Assembly: GCA_049509635.1 (NCBI GenBank)
Contig: JBEKZS010000011.1
Coordinates: 141-64,140, forward strand
Source: Roseiarcus sp.
GTDB lineage: Bacteria; Pseudomonadota; Alphaproteobacteria; Rhizobiales; Beijerinckiaceae
Reading direction: 5' to 3'
DNA: 64,000 nucleotides
Positions 48,893-58,971 of the stretch are shown piece after piece. Position 1 is the first letter of the stretch. Every line of letters starts with the position of its first letter. The translations under genes were made by a program, and so were the position numbers. The notes under the pieces are model-generated. The model did no database searches. It was not told the origin of the DNA and saw nothing but the letters and a program-made list of their open reading frames with translations.

Positions 48893-49306
48893 ATGCTGCA
48901 GCCCAAGAAAACCAAGTTCCGCAAAGCCTTCAAGGGCCGCATCCGCGGCGTCGCCAAGGGCGGGTTCGAACTGAATTTCGGCCAGTTCGGCCTGAAGGCG
49001 ATGGAGCCGGAGCGGGTCACCGCCCGCCAGATCGAGGCGGCGCGCCGCGCGCTGACGCGCCACATGAAGCGCGCCGGTCGCGTCTGGATCCGGGTGTTTC
49101 CCGACGTGCCGGTCTCGAAAAAGCCGGTGGAAGTGCGCATGGGCAAGGGCAAGGGCGCGCCCGAACTGTGGGTGGTGCGCGTGGCGCCGGGCCGCATCAT
49201 GTTCGAGATCGACGGCGTGCCCGTCGACATCGCGCGCCAGGCGTTCACGCTGGCGGCCGCCAAATTGCCGATCAAGACCCGTTTCGTCCAGCGCATCGCA
49301 GAATAG
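48893..49306 (+). CDS. rplP: 50S ribosomal protein L16
   Basis: [28 protein letters not shown]. Confidence 0.99.
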   Translation: MLQPKKTKFRKAFKGRIRGVAKGGFELNFGQFGLKAMEPERVTARQIEAARRALTRHMKRAGRVWIRVFPDVPVSKKPVEVRMGKGKGAPELWVVRVAPGRIMFEIDGVPVDIARQAFTLAAAKLPIKTRFVQRIAE

Positions 49307-49317
49307 GGGCCGCACGC

Positions 49318-49533
49318 ATGAAATCGAGGAGCCGCCTGTCGGACCTGCGCGTCATGACCGAGGATCAATTGACCGACGAACTGCTCGCGCTGAAGAAGGA
49401 GCAGTTCAACCTGCGCTTCCAGCGGGCCAGCGGACAGTTGCAGAATACGGCGCGCGTGCGCGTCGTCCGGCGCGACATCGCGCGAACCAAAACCCTCGCC
49501 GCCCAGAAGCGCGCGACCAAGAACGAGAGCTGA
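49318..49533 (+). CDS. rpmC: 50S ribosomal protein L29
   Basis: [27 protein letters not shown]. Confidence 0.97.
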   Translation: MKSRSRLSDLRVMTEDQLTDELLALKKEQFNLRFQRASGQLQNTARVRVVRRDIARTKTLAAQKRATKNES

Positions 49534-49544
49534 GGACGAGAGCC

Positions 49545-49787
49545 ATGCCGAAGCGAATTCTCCAGGGCGTCGTGGTCAGCGACAAGCAGGACAAGACCCT
49601 GGTCGTCAAGGTGGAGCGGCGGTTCACCCATCCGCTGCTGAAAAAGACGGTGCGACGCTCGAAAAACTATCACGCCCATGCCGAGACCAAGACGCACAAG
49701 GTCGGCGACACCGTCTCCATCGAGGAGACCAAGCCGATTTCGAAGCTCAAGCGATGGATCGTCGTCGACGGCGCGCTGAAGGCCTGA
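49545..49787 (+). CDS. rpsQ: 30S ribosomal protein S17
   Basis: [27 protein letters not shown]. Confidence 0.98.
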   Translation: MPKRILQGVVVSDKQDKTLVVKVERRFTHPLLKKTVRRSKNYHAHAETKTHKVGDTVSIEETKPISKLKRWIVVDGALKA

Positions 49788-49891
49788 GGTTTCGACGCGA
49801 TTGACATCCAACCGGGAGGCGAAGGCCTCCCTCAGACGAAGTCCGGCGCCGAGGCGCCGGAAACCGCTCTGGCAAGAAAGGCGAACAGGCC

Positions 49892-50260
49892 ATGATACAG
49901 ATGCAAACCAATCTCGACGTCGCCGACAATTCCGGCGCGCGCCGCGTGATGTGCATCAAGGTGCTCGGCGGCTCCAAGCGGCGCTACGCCTCGGTCGGCG
50001 ACATCATCGTCGTCTCGATCAAGGAGGCGATTCCGCGCGGGCGGGTGAAGAAGGGCGACGTCATGAAGGCGGTCGTCGTGCGCACCGCCAAGGACATAAG
50101 GCGTTCCGACGGGTCGGTGATCCGGTTCGACTCGAACGCGGCGGTGCTGATCAACGCCCAGTCGGAGCCGGTCGGCACGCGCATTTTCGGGCCGGTGCCG
50201 CGCGAACTGCGCGCCAAGAACCACGTCAAGATCATTTCGCTCGCGCCGGAGGTGCTGTGA
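49892..50260 (+). CDS. rplN: 50S ribosomal protein L14
   Basis: [27 protein letters not shown]. Confidence 0.99.
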   Translation: MIQMQTNLDVADNSGARRVMCIKVLGGSKRRYASVGDIIVVSIKEAIPRGRVKKGDVMKAVVVRTAKDIRRSDGSVIRFDSNAAVLINAQSEPVGTRIFGPVPRELRAKNHVKIISLAPEVL

Positions 50261-50577
50261 TGGCCGCCAAGATCAGGAAGGGCGACCGGGTCGTCGTCCT
50301 GGCCGGACGGGACAAGGGAAGGTCGGGCGAGGTCGCGTCGGTCAATCCGCGCGCCGCGCGGGCGATCGTCCAGGGCGTCAACCTCGTCAAGCGTCACACC
50401 CGCCAGACCGCCCAGACCGAAGGCGGCATCATCTCCAAGGAAGCCCCGATCGACCTGTCGAATCTGGCGATCGCCGACCCGAAGAGCGGCAAGCCGACCC
50501 GGGTCGGGTTCAAGTTTCTCGACGATGGCCGCAAGGTCCGCTTCGCCAAGCTTTCCGGAGATCTGATCGATGGCTGA
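50260..50577 (+). CDS. rplX: 50S ribosomal protein L24
   Basis: [34 protein letters not shown]. Confidence 0.98.
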   Translation: MAAKIRKGDRVVVLAGRDKGRSGEVASVNPRAARAIVQGVNLVKRHTRQTAQTEGGIISKEAPIDLSNLAIADPKSGKPTRVGFKFLDDGRKVRFAKLSGDLIDG

Positions 50578-51307
50578 CGCAAAATCCGACAAGGGCGCCA
50601 AGCCGGACAAGGGCGCCAAGCCGGCCAAGGCCGACAAGGTCGCCAAGCCGGCCAAGGCCGACGCGCAGGCCGAAGCCGGCAAGCAGGCCAAGGGCAAGAA
50701 CAAGCCGCAGCAGGCCGGCTCGGAGAAGTCCCATACCGGCCCGGTCGCGGTCGTGCCGAAGGACTATGTCGCGCGGCTCAAGAAGCTCTATCGCGACGAC
50801 ATCGTGCCCAAGCTGCTGAAGGAGTTCGGCTACAAGAACGCGCTCGAAGTGCCGCGCCTCGACAAGATCGTGCTCAACATGGGCGTCGGCGAGGCGGTCA
50901 ACGACACCAAGAAGGTCGCCTCCGCCGCGGCCGACCTGGCGCTGATCGCCGGCCAGAAGCCGGTGGTCACCCGCGCGCGCAGGGCGATCTCGACGTTCAA
51001 GGTCCGCGAGAACATGCCGATCGGAGCCAAGGTCACGCTTCGGCAGAACCGCATGTACGAATTCCTCGACCGTCTCGTCACGGTGGCGCTGCCGCGCGTG
51101 CGCGACTTCCGCGGACTCGATCCCAAGTCCTTCGACGGACGCGGCAATTATGCTCTGGGCGTCAAGGAGCACATCATCTTCCCCGAAATCGACTACGACA
51201 AGGCGGAAGCGATGCTCGGCATGGACATCGTGGTCTGCACGACGGCCAAGACCGACGCGGAGGCGCAGGCTCTGCTGCGCGCCTTCAATTTCCCGTTCCG
51301 GCAGTGA
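50570..51307 (+). CDS. rplE: 50S ribosomal protein L5 with N-terminal Lys/Ala/Asp-rich extension
   Basis: [35 protein letters not shown]; 245 aa; ATG overlaps the rplX end. Confidence 0.97.
   Translation: MADAKSDKGAKPDKGAKPAKADKVAKPAKADAQAEAGKQAKGKNKPQQAGSEKSHTGPVAVVPKDYVARLKKLYRDDIVPKLLKEFGYKNALEVPRLDKIVLNMGVGEAVNDTKKVASAAADLALIAGQKPVVTRARRAISTFKVRENMPIGAKVTLRQNRMYEFLDRLVTVALPRVRDFRGLDPKSFDGRGNYALGVKEHIIFPEIDYDKAEAMLGMDIVVCTTAKTDAEAQALLRAFNFPFRQ
50588..50662 (+). repeat. Coding tandem repeat in the L5 extension
   Basis: GACAAGGGCGCCAAGCCG x2 (50588-50623), then GCCAAGGCCGAC recurring at a 27-nt period. Confidence 0.85.
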
Positions 51308-51342
51308 GCTGACCCGCTCAAACGCGGAAAATGGAGGCCTTC

Positions 51343-51648
51343 ATGGCAAAGAAGAGTGCAATAGAGAACAACAACCGCAAGATCCGGCTGGTCAAGAAAT
51401 TCGCCGCCCGCCGCAAGCGCCTGCTCGAAATCGCCAACAACGACAAGCACTCGATGGAGGAGCGGTTCGAGGCGCGCCTCAAGCTCAGCCTCGCGCCGCG
51501 CAATTCGGCCCCCGGTCGCGTGCGCAACCGCTGCGAGGTCACCGGCCGGCCGCGCGCCTATTACCGCAAGTTCAGGATGTCGCGCATCGCCTTGCGCGAC
51601 CTCGGCAACAAGGGCCTGATCCCGGGCCTCGTCAAGTCGAGCTGGTGA
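51343..51648 (+). CDS. rpsN: 30S ribosomal protein S14 (zinc-independent form)
   Basis: [33 protein letters not shown]; 101 aa. Confidence 0.98.
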   Translation: MAKKSAIENNNRKIRLVKKFAARRKRLLEIANNDKHSMEERFEARLKLSLAPRNSAPGRVRNRCEVTGRPRAYYRKFRMSRIALRDLGNKGLIPGLVKSSW

Positions 51649-51661
51649 GGGGACCACGAAG

Positions 51662-52060
51662 ATGGCAGTGAACGATCCCCTGGGCGACATGCTGACCCGC
51701 ATCCGCAACGCGCAGATGCGCAAGCGGGGCAAGGTTTCGACGCCGGGCTCCAGCCTGCGCGCGCACGTGCTCGACGTACTCGAATCGGAAGGCTATATCC
51801 GCGGCTATTCGACGACCGATTACGGCAATGGCCGCACGGAATTCGAGATCGAACTGAAGTATTTCGACAACGAGCCGGTGATCCGCAAGATCGAGCGCGT
51901 GTCGAAGCCGGGCCGGCGCGTCTACGCGGCGGTCGACGCGATGCCTCGCGTCGCCAACGGCCTCGGCGTGTCGATCATCTCGACCCCGAAGGGGGTGATG
52001 GCCGATCACGCGGCGCGCGAAAATCACGTCGGCGGCGAAGTCCTCTGCAAGGTCTTCTGA
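51662..52060 (+). CDS. rpsH: 30S ribosomal protein S8
   Basis: [34 protein letters not shown]. Confidence 0.99.
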   Translation: MAVNDPLGDMLTRIRNAQMRKRGKVSTPGSSLRAHVLDVLESEGYIRGYSTTDYGNGRTEFEIELKYFDNEPVIRKIERVSKPGRRVYAAVDAMPRVANGLGVSIISTPKGVMADHAARENHVGGEVLCKVF

Positions 52061-52082
52061 CCGCCAGAAATGGAACAATGCT

Positions 52083-52583
52083 ATGTCTCGAGTTGGCAAG
52101 AAGCCCGTCCTGGTTCCCGCCGGCGTCACCGCCCGGCTGGACGGCCATACCGTCGCCGTCAAGGGCGCCAAGGGCGAACTGAAGTTCACGGCCCCCGATG
52201 ACGTCGCCGTCAAGATCGAGGGCGACCTCATCAGCATCGATCCGCGCGGCGACGGCAAGCGCGCGCGGGCGTTGTGGGGAACCTCGCGCTCGATGATCCA
52301 GAACCTCGTCGTCGGCGTGACCAAGGGCTTCGAGAAGAAGCTGGCCGGCAAGAACCTCCAGATGGCGCTCGGCTTCAGCCACGACGTGATCTATCCGATC
52401 CCGGCCGGCGTGACGATCGTCACCCCCAAGCCGACCGAGATCACGATCACCGGCATCGACAAGCGGCAGGTCGGTCAGATCGCCGCCGAAATCCGCGCCT
52501 TCCGCGGCCCCGAGCCCTACAAGGGCAAAGGGATCAAATACGTCGGCGAATTCATCTTCCGCAAGGAAGGCAAGAAGAAGTAG
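52083..52583 (+). CDS. rplF: 50S ribosomal protein L6 with an apparent 11-residue internal deletion
   Basis: [30 protein letters not shown]; 166 aa; GFEKKL joins directly to AGKNLQ. Confidence 0.95.
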   Translation: MSRVGKKPVLVPAGVTARLDGHTVAVKGAKGELKFTAPDDVAVKIEGDLISIDPRGDGKRARALWGTSRSMIQNLVVGVTKGFEKKLAGKNLQMALGFSHDVIYPIPAGVTIVTPKPTEITITGIDKRQVGQIAAEIRAFRGPEPYKGKGIKYVGEFIFRKEGKKK

Positions 52584-52594
52584 GGCGTCCCGTC

Positions 52595-52957
52595 ATGACC
52601 AAATCGAACGATACCGGCGACCGGCGCAAGGCGCGCATCCGCCGCGCCGTCATCGCCCGCAGCAACGGGCGCCCGCGCCTCAGCGTGTTCCGCTCGTCCA
52701 AGCAGATCTACGCGCAGGTCATCGACGACCAGAAGGGCGTGACGATCGTCGCCGCCTCCACGCTCGAGAAGGCGTTGCGCGAGACGCTGAAGACCGGCGC
52801 CGACGTCGCGGCGGCGCGCCGGATCGGCAAGGAGCTCGCCGAACGGGCGGCCAAGGCCGGGGTCACCAAGGTCGTATTCGACCGCGGCGGCTATATGTAT
52901 CACGGGCGGGTCAAGGCCCTCGCCGAGGGCGCCCGCGAGGGCGGCCTGGATTTCTGA
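52595..52957 (+). CDS. rplR: 50S ribosomal protein L18
   Basis: [32 protein letters not shown]. Confidence 0.98.
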   Translation: MTKSNDTGDRRKARIRRAVIARSNGRPRLSVFRSSKQIYAQVIDDQKGVTIVAASTLEKALRETLKTGADVAAARRIGKELAERAAKAGVTKVVFDRGGYMYHGRVKALAEGAREGGLDF

Positions 52958-53024
52958 GCCGGACTGAACGAAGCGAGCGGGCCCCGACTCGAGGGTTTCC
53001 GCGCAAGGGACGAATGGAACCGAC

Positions 53025-53597
53025 ATGGCGCGTGAAGGGGAAGGCGGCCGCGGCCGCGACCACAACCGGGAGGATCGGGACAGCGAATTCGTCGACCGCC
53101 TCGTCCATATCAACCGCGTCGCGAAGGTCGTGAAGGGCGGACGCCGGTTCGGCTTCGCCGCGCTGGTCGTCGTCGGCGACCAGAAGGGCCGGGTCGGGTT
53201 CGGCCACGGCAAGGCGCGCGAAGTGCCCGAGGCGATCCGCAAGGCGACGGAAGCCGCCAAGCGCGGGGTCATGCGGGTGCCGCTCCGCGAGGGGCGCACG
53301 CTGCACCACGACGTCAACGGCCGCCACGGCGCCGGCAAGGTCATCCTGCGGGCGGCGCCCGCGGGCACCGGCATCATCGCCGGCGGCCCGATGCGCGCGG
53401 TGTTCGAGACGCTCGGCGTCCACGACGTCGTCGCCAAGAGCCAGGGCTCGTCGAATCCCTACAACATGGTGCGCGCGACGTTCGACGCCCTGCGTCAGGA
53501 GGACAGCCCCCGGTCCGTCGCCCAGCGCCGCAACATCAAGGTCTCCACGCTGCAGTCCCGACGCGTCGGCGTCGAGGCCGACGCGTCGGATTCGTGA
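53025..53597 (+). CDS. rpsE: 30S ribosomal protein S5
   Basis: [32 protein letters not shown]. Confidence 0.99.
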   Translation: MAREGEGGRGRDHNREDRDSEFVDRLVHINRVAKVVKGGRRFGFAALVVVGDQKGRVGFGHGKAREVPEAIRKATEAAKRGVMRVPLREGRTLHHDVNGRHGAGKVILRAAPAGTGIIAGGPMRAVFETLGVHDVVAKSQGSSNPYNMVRATFDALRQEDSPRSVAQRRNIKVSTLQSRRVGVEADASDS

Positions 53598-53610
53598 TCG
53601 GGAAGCCGTC

Positions 53611-53802
53611 ATGCCGCACAAGAAGATGATCACGCTCGAACAGACTGTCAGCGCCATCGGGCGCCGGATCGACCAGCGCCAGACGCTGATCGGTCTCGGC
53701 CTCAACAAGATCGGCCGGCGCTCCGCCGTCGTCGACACGCCCGCCGCGCGCGGCATGATCGCCAAGGTCGCGCATCTCGTGCGCGTCATCGACGGCTTGT
53801 GA
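53611..53802 (+). CDS. rpmD: 50S ribosomal protein L30
   Basis: [26 protein letters not shown]; lies between rpsE and rplO. Confidence 0.95.
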   Translation: MPHKKMITLEQTVSAIGRRIDQRQTLIGLGLNKIGRRSAVVDTPAARGMIAKVAHLVRVIDGL

Positions 53803-53812
53803 GGATGGAACG

Positions 53813-54292
53813 ATGAAACTCAACGAGATTTCGGATAATCCGGGTTCGTCCCAGGCGCGCACGCGGGTCGGGCGCGGCATCGGATCCGGCAAAGGCAAGC
53901 AGGCGGGGCGCGGCGGCAAGGGCCAGACGGCGCGCTCGGGCGTGCGCATCAAGGGTTTCGAGGGCGGCCAGATGCCGCTCCATCGGCGCCTGCCGAAGCG
54001 CGGCTTCACCAATCCTTCGGCCAGCGACATCAACGAGGTCAACCTCGGCCGGGTCCAGGCGGCGTTCGACGCCGGCAAGCTCGAGGCGGGCAAGACCGTG
54101 ACCGTCGAGACGCTGGTGGCGGCGGGCGTGTGCGCGCGCGCGCGCGACGGGGTGAAGATCCTCGGCAATGGCGAATTGACGGTCGCCGCATCGTTCGAAG
54201 TCCTCGCCGCCTCGAAGCGCGCGCTCGCCGCGATCGAGAAGGCGGGCGGCAGCGTCAAGCTGCTCGCCGCAGCCCCCGCCGTCGCGGCCTGA
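53813..54292 (+). CDS. rplO: 50S ribosomal protein L15
   Basis: [30 protein letters not shown]. Confidence 0.99.
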   Translation: MKLNEISDNPGSSQARTRVGRGIGSGKGKQAGRGGKGQTARSGVRIKGFEGGQMPLHRRLPKRGFTNPSASDINEVNLGRVQAAFDAGKLEAGKTVTVETLVAAGVCARARDGVKILGNGELTVAASFEVLAASKRALAAIEKAGGSVKLLAAAPAVAA

Positions 54293-54432
54293 GCCCGGCC
54301 GGGCGATGACAAAGGGCCGCGCGTCGACCATATGACGGTTTCGACGGGCGCCGCGGGCGATCGCGCGCGGACCGGCGGACCGAACGCATAAACCGTCAAG
54401 ACCGGCGCACGGCGCCGCGCGGAGCGCTTTCC

Positions 54433-55767
54433 ATGCCATCGGCAGCCGAACAGCTCGCAGCCAACATCAACTGGGCCGCATTCGGCAAGGCCGAGGAACT
54501 CAAGAAGCGGATCTGGTTCACCCTCGGCGCGCTGGTGATCTTCCGGCTCGGCACGTACATTCCGCTGCCGGGCATCGACCCCGACGCTTTCCAGGCGCTG
54601 TTCCTCGGCCAGAAGCAGGGCGTGCTCGATCTCTTCAACATGTTCTCGGGCGGCGCCGTCCAGCGCATGGCGATTTTCGCGCTCAACATCATGCCCTATA
54701 TCTCGGCCTCGATCATCATCCAGCTCCTGAGCTCGGTGCTCCCCAGCCTCGAATCGCTGAAGAAGGAAGGCGAGGCCGGCCGCAAGGTGCTCAACCAGTA
54801 CACGCGCTATCTCTGCGTCGTGCTGGCGATCTTCCAGGCCTACGGAATTTCGGTCGGGCTGCAGGGGCGCGAAGGCGTCGTCGCCGATCCCGGGATCATC
54901 TTCACGCTTTCGACCGTGGTGACGCTGACCGGCGGGACGATGTTCCTGGTCTGGCTCGGCGAACAGATCACCTCGCGCGGCGTCGGCAACGGCTCCTCGC
55001 TGATCATCTTCGCCGGCATCGTCGCCCGTCTGCCCGAGGCGATCGTGCAGACGTTCGAACTCGGCCGGCAGGGCGCGATCTCGACCGGCGTCGTGATCGG
55101 CGTCCTGGTCATGGCGATCGCCGTGATCTCCTTCATCGTGTTCATGGAGCGCGCGCAGCGGCGCGTGCCGATCACCTATCCCAAGCGCCAGGTCGGCAAC
55201 AAGATGTACGAGGGGCAGAGTTCGTTCCTGCCGCTCAAGCTGAACACGGCGGGCGTCATTCCGCCGATTTTCGCCTCCTCGCTGCTGCTGCTGCCGACCA
55301 CCGTCGCCAATTTCGCCCAGGGCAGCTCCGGCTCCGGGGTTCTGGCGACCATCTCGACCCTGCTCGGGCGCGGCAGCCCGCTCTACTATCTCCTCTATGT
55401 CGCCCTGATCGTCTTTTTCGCCTTCTTCTATACGGCGACGGTGTTCAACCCGACCGACACCGCGGACAATCTCAAGAAGCACGGGGGCTTCATCCCCGGC
55501 ATCCGCCCGGGAGAGCGGACGGCGCAATACATCGACCAGATCCTGACCCGCATCACCGTCCTCGGCGCGCTCTATCTCGCGCTGATCTGCCTGCTGCCGG
55601 AAATGCTGATTTCCTACGCCGCGCTGCCGTTCTATTTCGGCGGCACCTCGCTTTTGATCGTCGTCAATGTCACTATGGACACGGTCGCCCAGATTCACGG
55701 ACATCTACAGGCCCATCAATACGAAGGTCTGATCCGGAAGGCGAAATTGCGGGGGAGGAAGCGATGA
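54433..55767 (+). CDS. secY: Preprotein translocase SecY
   Basis: [49 protein letters not shown]. Confidence 0.99.
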   Translation: MPSAAEQLAANINWAAFGKAEELKKRIWFTLGALVIFRLGTYIPLPGIDPDAFQALFLGQKQGVLDLFNMFSGGAVQRMAIFALNIMPYISASIIIQLLSSVLPSLESLKKEGEAGRKVLNQYTRYLCVVLAIFQAYGISVGLQGREGVVADPGIIFTLSTVVTLTGGTMFLVWLGEQITSRGVGNGSSLIIFAGIVARLPEAIVQTFELGRQGAISTGVVIGVLVMAIAVISFIVFMERAQRRVPITYPKRQVGNKMYEGQSSFLPLKLNTAGVIPPIFASSLLLLPTTVANFAQGSSGSGVLATISTLLGRGSPLYYLLYVALIVFFAFFYTATVFNPTDTADNLKKHGGFIPGIRPGERTAQYIDQILTRITVLGALYLALICLLPEMLISYAALPFYFGGTSLLIVVNVTMDTVAQIHGHLQAHQYEGLIRKAKLRGRKR

Positions 55768-56351
55768 GGCTGATCCTGCTCGGGCCGCCGGGCGCGGGCA
55801 AAGGCACGCAGGCGACGCGGCTCGTGCAGAAGTTCGGCATCCCTCAGCTCTCGACCGGCGATATGCTGCGCGCCGCGGTCAAGGCGGGCACGCCGATCGG
55901 CCAGCGCGCCCAGGCGGTGATGGAATCGGGCGCCCTCGTATCGGACGACATCGTCGTCGGCATCGTCGCCGAACGGATCGGCGAACCGGACGCCAGCAAC
56001 GGCTTCATCCTCGACGGTTTCCCGCGCACCATCGCCCAGGCCGAGGCGCTCGACGCCATGCTCGCCGGCAAGGGCATGAAGCTCGACGCGGTCATCGAAC
56101 TGCGGGTCGATCACGACAAGCTCGTCGACCGCATCCTGCGCCGCGCCGCGCAAGCGCAGGCGGCCGGCGCGCCGGTCCGCAAAGACGACGATCCCGAAGT
56201 CTTCAAGACCCGGCTCGCCGCCTTCGAGAAGGACACCGCGGCGGTGACCCCGTATTATCGCGCGAGCGGCGTGCTGCATGGCGTCGACGGCATGGCGGAG
56301 ATCGGCGAAGTCTCCGCGTCGATCGACGAAATCCTGGCGGCGCACGCCTGA
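55764..56351 (+). CDS. adk: Adenylate kinase (short-LID type)
   Basis: [27 protein letters not shown]. Confidence 0.97.
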   Translation: MRLILLGPPGAGKGTQATRLVQKFGIPQLSTGDMLRAAVKAGTPIGQRAQAVMESGALVSDDIVVGIVAERIGEPDASNGFILDGFPRTIAQAEALDAMLAGKGMKLDAVIELRVDHDKLVDRILRRAAQAQAAGAPVRKDDDPEVFKTRLAAFEKDTAAVTPYYRASGVLHGVDGMAEIGEVSASIDEILAAHA

Positions 56352-56382
56352 TCCCGGTCCGGGCCGCCACCCAGGAGCCGCC

Positions 56383-57438
56383 ATGAGCGAGCCCGAGGTC
56401 CTCGTCGAGCGCCGCGGATGCGCGGGCTTCCTGACCCTGAACCGGCCCCGGGCGCTCAACGCGCTCAACCTCGGCATGGTGCGCGCGATCGCCGCGGCGC
56501 TCGACGAGTGGGAGCGCGACGGGTCGATCGCGCGCGTCGTCGTCATCGGCGCCGGCGAGCGCGCCTTTTGCGCCGGCGGCGACATAAGGCTGCTCTACGA
56601 CCAGGGCCGGGCCGGCGATCATGCCGCGCAGCTCGCGTTCTGGGCCGAAGAATACCAGCTGAACCGTCGCATCAAGCGCTACCCGAAACCCTGGGTCGCG
56701 CTGGTCGACGGCATCGTGATGGGCGGCGGGGTCGGCCTTTCCGCCCATGGCGCGCGCATGATCGCGGGCGAGCGCTTCGCCTTCGCCATGCCGGAGGTCG
56801 GCATCGGGTTCTTTCCCGACGTCGGGGCGACCTGGCTGCTGCCGCGGCTGCCCCGCCGCATCGGCGTCTATCTGGCGCTGTCCGGCGCCCGGATCGGCGC
56901 CGCCGACGCGCTCGCGCTCGGCCTCGCCCAGGATTTCGTGCCGAGCGCGCGCATCGCCGAATGCGCGCTCGCGCTCGAGGAATCAGGGCCGATCGACGCG
57001 ATCGTGGCCCGGTTCGCGGCCGCTCCGCCAGCCTCGCCGTTGATGGCGCATGCCGCATCGATCGAGGAATGCTTCGGGCGCCCGTCGCCCGGCCGGATAC
57101 TCGCCGCGCTCGGCGAAGCCGCCGGCTCCCCCTTCGCCGATGCTGCGCGCGAGGCGATGCTGGCCAAATCGCCGACGAGCCAGGCGATCGCGCTGCGTCA
57201 GATGCAGGTCGGCCCCGGCCTGTCGTTCGAGGCGGCGATGACGCTCGAGTTCCGGGTGGTTTCGCGCATCTGCCGCGGGCACGATTTCTATGAGGGCGTG
57301 CGGGCCGTGATCGTCGACAAGGACGGCCGGCCGCAATGGCGCCCGGCGCGCCACGAGGATGTCGAGCCCGCCGCCATCGACGGCTATTTCGCGCCGCTCG
57401 GCGATGCCGACCTGGCCTTCGAGCCCGCGGTTCGATGA
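56383..57438 (+). CDS. Enoyl-CoA hydratase/isomerase family, 3-hydroxyisobutyryl-CoA hydrolase-like
   Basis: LNRPRALNALN, AFCAGGDI, DGIVMGGGVG, AMPEVGIGFFPDVG, DFYEGVRA; AGGAG RBS. Confidence 0.9.
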   Translation: MSEPEVLVERRGCAGFLTLNRPRALNALNLGMVRAIAAALDEWERDGSIARVVVIGAGERAFCAGGDIRLLYDQGRAGDHAAQLAFWAEEYQLNRRIKRYPKPWVALVDGIVMGGGVGLSAHGARMIAGERFAFAMPEVGIGFFPDVGATWLLPRLPRRIGVYLALSGARIGAADALALGLAQDFVPSARIAECALALEESGPIDAIVARFAAAPPASPLMAHAASIEECFGRPSPGRILAALGEAAGSPFADAAREAMLAKSPTSQAIALRQMQVGPGLSFEAAMTLEFRVVSRICRGHDFYEGVRAVIVDKDGRPQWRPARHEDVEPAAIDGYFAPLGDADLAFEPAVR

Positions 57439-57914
57439 AGCGCGAGGCCAGGCACGCCGCTGCGACCGACATTCGCCTCGTCGATCGCGCGCCGATGCCG
57501 GCCATTCACGCCGATGGCCCGGCGACGACAGACGCTCAGGGCGCGCTGCGGTGGTCGCTGATTCTCGTCTGGTTCATGCGCACCATGGCGGTGGTCTGGA
57601 TCGCCAAAGGGCTGGTCGCCTGGACGATCGCCCTCGGCATCAATCCGGTGGTCGCCGACTTTCTCGGGCTTCCGATGGTCGCCAGGGGGATGGTCGGCTT
57701 CTTCGCGGTCGCCGATCTCATAGCGGCGGTCGGCCTCTGGCTCGCCGCCCCCTGGGGCGGCGTCCTCTGGCTGACCTGCGCGGCGATGGAGCTGCTGGCT
57801 GCGTTTCTCGGCGCCGGGGTTTGGCTGACCGGCGCGGCGGGCCTCGTCCTGGTGGGGGCCCTGATCGTGGTCTATTTCGTCCTCAACTGGCTCGCCGCGA
57901 ACCAGCGGATGTGA
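57435..57914 (+). CDS. DUF6163-family membrane protein
   Basis: Four hydrophobic segments; FAVADLIAAVGLWLAAPWGGVLW; lies upstream of ldtR; start uncertain. Confidence 0.7.
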   Translation: MKREARHAAATDIRLVDRAPMPAIHADGPATTDAQGALRWSLILVWFMRTMAVVWIAKGLVAWTIALGINPVVADFLGLPMVARGMVGFFAVADLIAAVGLWLAAPWGGVLWLTCAAMELLAAFLGAGVWLTGAAGLVLVGALIVVYFVLNWLAANQRM

Positions 57915-57976
57915 GCCGCCGACGGCGCCGTCTTAACGATTTGGCAAAGTAAACAAAGCCTTCAATTTAGCACAAA

Positions 57977-57994
57977 TTTACTTAGATAAGTAAA
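57977..57994. promoter_or_regulatory. Perfect inverted repeat in the AT-rich ldtR promoter region; candidate operator
   Basis: TTTACTTA-GA-TAAGTAAA; the half-site AAGTAAAC also occurs at 57947-57954. Confidence 0.55.
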
Positions 57995-58108
57995 CATTGG
58001 ATTCATCCTGACTTTTAAACTCGTATTCATGGGCGATCGCTACTGTCCAATTCATAGAAGGCCCGAATATAAATGTCGGCCAGGGACAGTCGAACAAGCG
58101 AGAGTATT

Positions 58109-58621
58109 ATGAGCAAGGTTGCGAAAGTCGAAGAAAACACGAGCCGTTCAGAAAGGATGGCCGAAGTTCGGCCCGTGTACCTCGAGGCGCTGACGATGGT
58201 CGAGCGTCTTCATCGTCGCCTTCTCGACGTAATCAAGGATGAATTCGATCGCCGCGGCCGCTCGGACGTCAATGCTGTCCAGGCGCTCTTGCTGTATAAT
58301 ATCGGCGACAAGGAGCTCACCGCCGGCGAACTGCGCACGCGCGGCTATTATCTCGGGTCGAACGTCTCCTACAACGTCAAGAAACTGGTCGAGATGGGCT
58401 ATCTCCACCATGCCCGTTCGCGGATCGACCGCCGGTCCGTGCGCATCAGCCTCACCGAGAAGGGCGAGGAGGTGCACAAGATCATCACCGGGCTCTACGA
58501 GAAGCACGCGACGACGGTCGAGCAGATCGGCGGCGTGGTCACCGATGATTTCGCCCGCATGAACCAATCGCTCGCGCGGCTCGAGCGCTTCTGGACCGAT
58601 CAGATCAAGTATCGGCTTTAA
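58109..58621 (+). CDS. ldtR: MarR-family transcriptional regulator, LdtR-like
   Basis: VERLHRRLLDVIKDEFDR, QALLLYNIG, RGYYLGSNVSYN, DRRSVRISLT, RFWTDQIKYRL; alternative start at 58073. Confidence 0.85.
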   Translation: MSKVAKVEENTSRSERMAEVRPVYLEALTMVERLHRRLLDVIKDEFDRRGRSDVNAVQALLLYNIGDKELTAGELRTRGYYLGSNVSYNVKKLVEMGYLHHARSRIDRRSVRISLTEKGEEVHKIITGLYEKHATTVEQIGGVVTDDFARMNQSLARLERFWTDQIKYRL

Positions 58622-58971
58622 TCGTCGACCAAGGATCACGCGCCGCTTCCCCGCGGCGTGCGCGGAATCGAGGCCGTGCGGCGCAATGCCCCGCGCGGCC
58701 TCCTCGTTTTGCAGCCGCGCCCGACCCCGCGCGTCGCCCGCAACTCTTCGTGATCGGCCGCTCGCGCCGCGCTCATGCGCCGCAAGCCATAAAATCGCCC
58801 GACTGCTCCCCTCCTTTCGCCCTTGAAAGCGCCCGAAATTGCGCGCGATGTCGGATCGACCGAGATCGAAGCGCAGTCGGCGCTCGGGACCCTGCCTCAT
58901 CGAGGCCTGCCGGATGGCGGGGCTCCGGGAAGGCCAGGGACATCAACGGCGAGAATTGAACTGGGGCCTGC

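Noticed and set aside
51343-51648. Zinc-free S14 as a novelty
   Set aside because: The C-minus 101-aa form is standard in Proteobacteria
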